From an uncultured Candidatus Bathyarchaeia archaeon (GTDB lineage: Archaea > Thermoproteota > Bathyarchaeia > TCS64), in NCBI GenBank assembly GCA_964618045.1, contig CAZTZC010000005.1, positions 1 to 36,776 on the forward strand: a stretch of DNA of 36,776 nucleotides, read 5' to 3'. The translations under genes and the position numbers were made by a program. The stretch's first letter is position 1. Every line of letters begins with the position of its first letter. The notes under the pieces are model-generated. The model ran no database searches. It was not told the origin of the DNA and saw only the letters and a list, made by a program, of their open reading frames with translations. Positions 36,094 through 36,776 of the stretch are shown piece by piece.

Positions 36094-36669
36094 GTGTCCA
36101 GGGCAGTAAGGGACAAGTGGCGCCGCAAGGAATGGTACGACATCATCCTTCCACATTACTTCGGCGAGACCAAGGTGGGTGAGACCCCCAGCGACGAGCC
36201 AAACAAGGTCATGGGACGGATCTTCGAGACGACCCTAGCGGCCATCACCGGGGACTTCAGCCAGGAGTACATGAAGATGTACTTCCAGGTCAACGAGCTC
36301 GAGGGCCACACGGCGCGCACGGTGTTCAAGGGACACGAGTACCTCCGCGACTACCTCCGCAGCCTGGTCCGGAGGCGCAGCACCAAGATAGATGGGTTCT
36401 TCAGGGTCTACACGAAGGATGGGTTCAGGGTCAAGATCGTGGTCACGGCGATGACGCAGCGCAGGATACAGACGAGCCAGGAGTTCGCCATCAGGAAGAT
36501 CATGCAGGAGATCGTGGAGGACAAGGCGGAGAACCTGACGTTCGACCAGCTGGCCCACGAGATGGTGCTCGGGAAGCTGGCGTCGGACGTGTATAACCGT
36601 GCCAAGAACGTCACCAGCCTCCGCCACGTGGGCGTCAGGAAGAGCGAGCTGCTCGCCCTACCCAACTAA
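36094..36669 (+). CDS. rps3ae: 30S ribosomal protein S3Ae (eS1)
   Basis: ..VRDKWRRKEWYDIILP..FGE..VGET..DEP.KVMGRIFETTL..ITGDFS.. GTG start with SD aggagag about 10 nt upstream and TATA tatatat at 36040-36046. Confidence 0.9.
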   Translation: MSRAVRDKWRRKEWYDIILPHYFGETKVGETPSDEPNKVMGRIFETTLAAITGDFSQEYMKMYFQVNELEGHTARTVFKGHEYLRDYLRSLVRRRSTKIDGFFRVYTKDGFRVKIVVTAMTQRRIQTSQEFAIRKIMQEIVEDKAENLTFDQLAHEMVLGKLASDVYNRAKNVTSLRHVGVRKSELLALPN

Positions 36670-36776
36670 GACTCTTCATTAGACCAGAAGATTTTGCCTC
36701 ACCAAGTTTGAGTCGAAATAAGTTCACACCCACGTTCACGTACGTTATCCATAATGTGAGCGCAGTTAATCATTGT

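Overview
Archaeal chromosomal segment with GC-rich coding sequence and AT-rich spacers. The archaeal assignment rests on archaea-specific genes: r-proteins L39e, L31e, LX, S19e and S3Ae, plus Spt5, prefoldin alpha and Kae1-Bud32. I call about 45 protein genes. I see no rRNA, tRNA, CRISPR array, cas gene, transposase or integrase.

Core content:
- The conserved minus-strand string S19e-PDCD5-L39e-L31e-LX-PfdA-FtsY-SecE-Spt5-L11-L1-P0 (14.4-20.3 kb).
- Stalk protein P1, AlaRS and LeuRS.
- Kae1-Bud32-ITPase.
- S15-RecJ-like-Pcc1 and S3Ae.

Metabolic and housekeeping modules:
- nrdH-nrdD (class III RNR).
- PadR plus a heterodimeric ABC exporter with one degenerate ATP site.
- ArsR-Acr3.
- Two VOC paralogues, a stand-alone LigD 3'-phosphoesterase, an acetamidase/formamidase and an MmgE/PrpD protein.

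Items worth a second look:
1. An orphan Csa3-like CARF-wHTH regulator. It is divergent from nrdHD and upstream of a low-GC two-gene cassette for exported proteins.
2. A CBS-pair / Schlafen-type AlbA_2 fusion protein.
3. A low-GC, non-archaeal-type AlaRS that lacks the C-Ala domain.
4. A P0 protein without the conserved acidic tail, separated from P1 in a layout that a ~7.8 kb inversion would explain.
5. Clean absence of aIF6 from its usual slot.
6. An HpcH/HpaI aldolase pseudogene.

I found no canonical defence or mobile system. The candidate novel pieces are single genes or small cassettes, and I rate them as hypotheses.

All calls come from motif reading of the supplied translations and hand translation. 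No database search or computation was possible.
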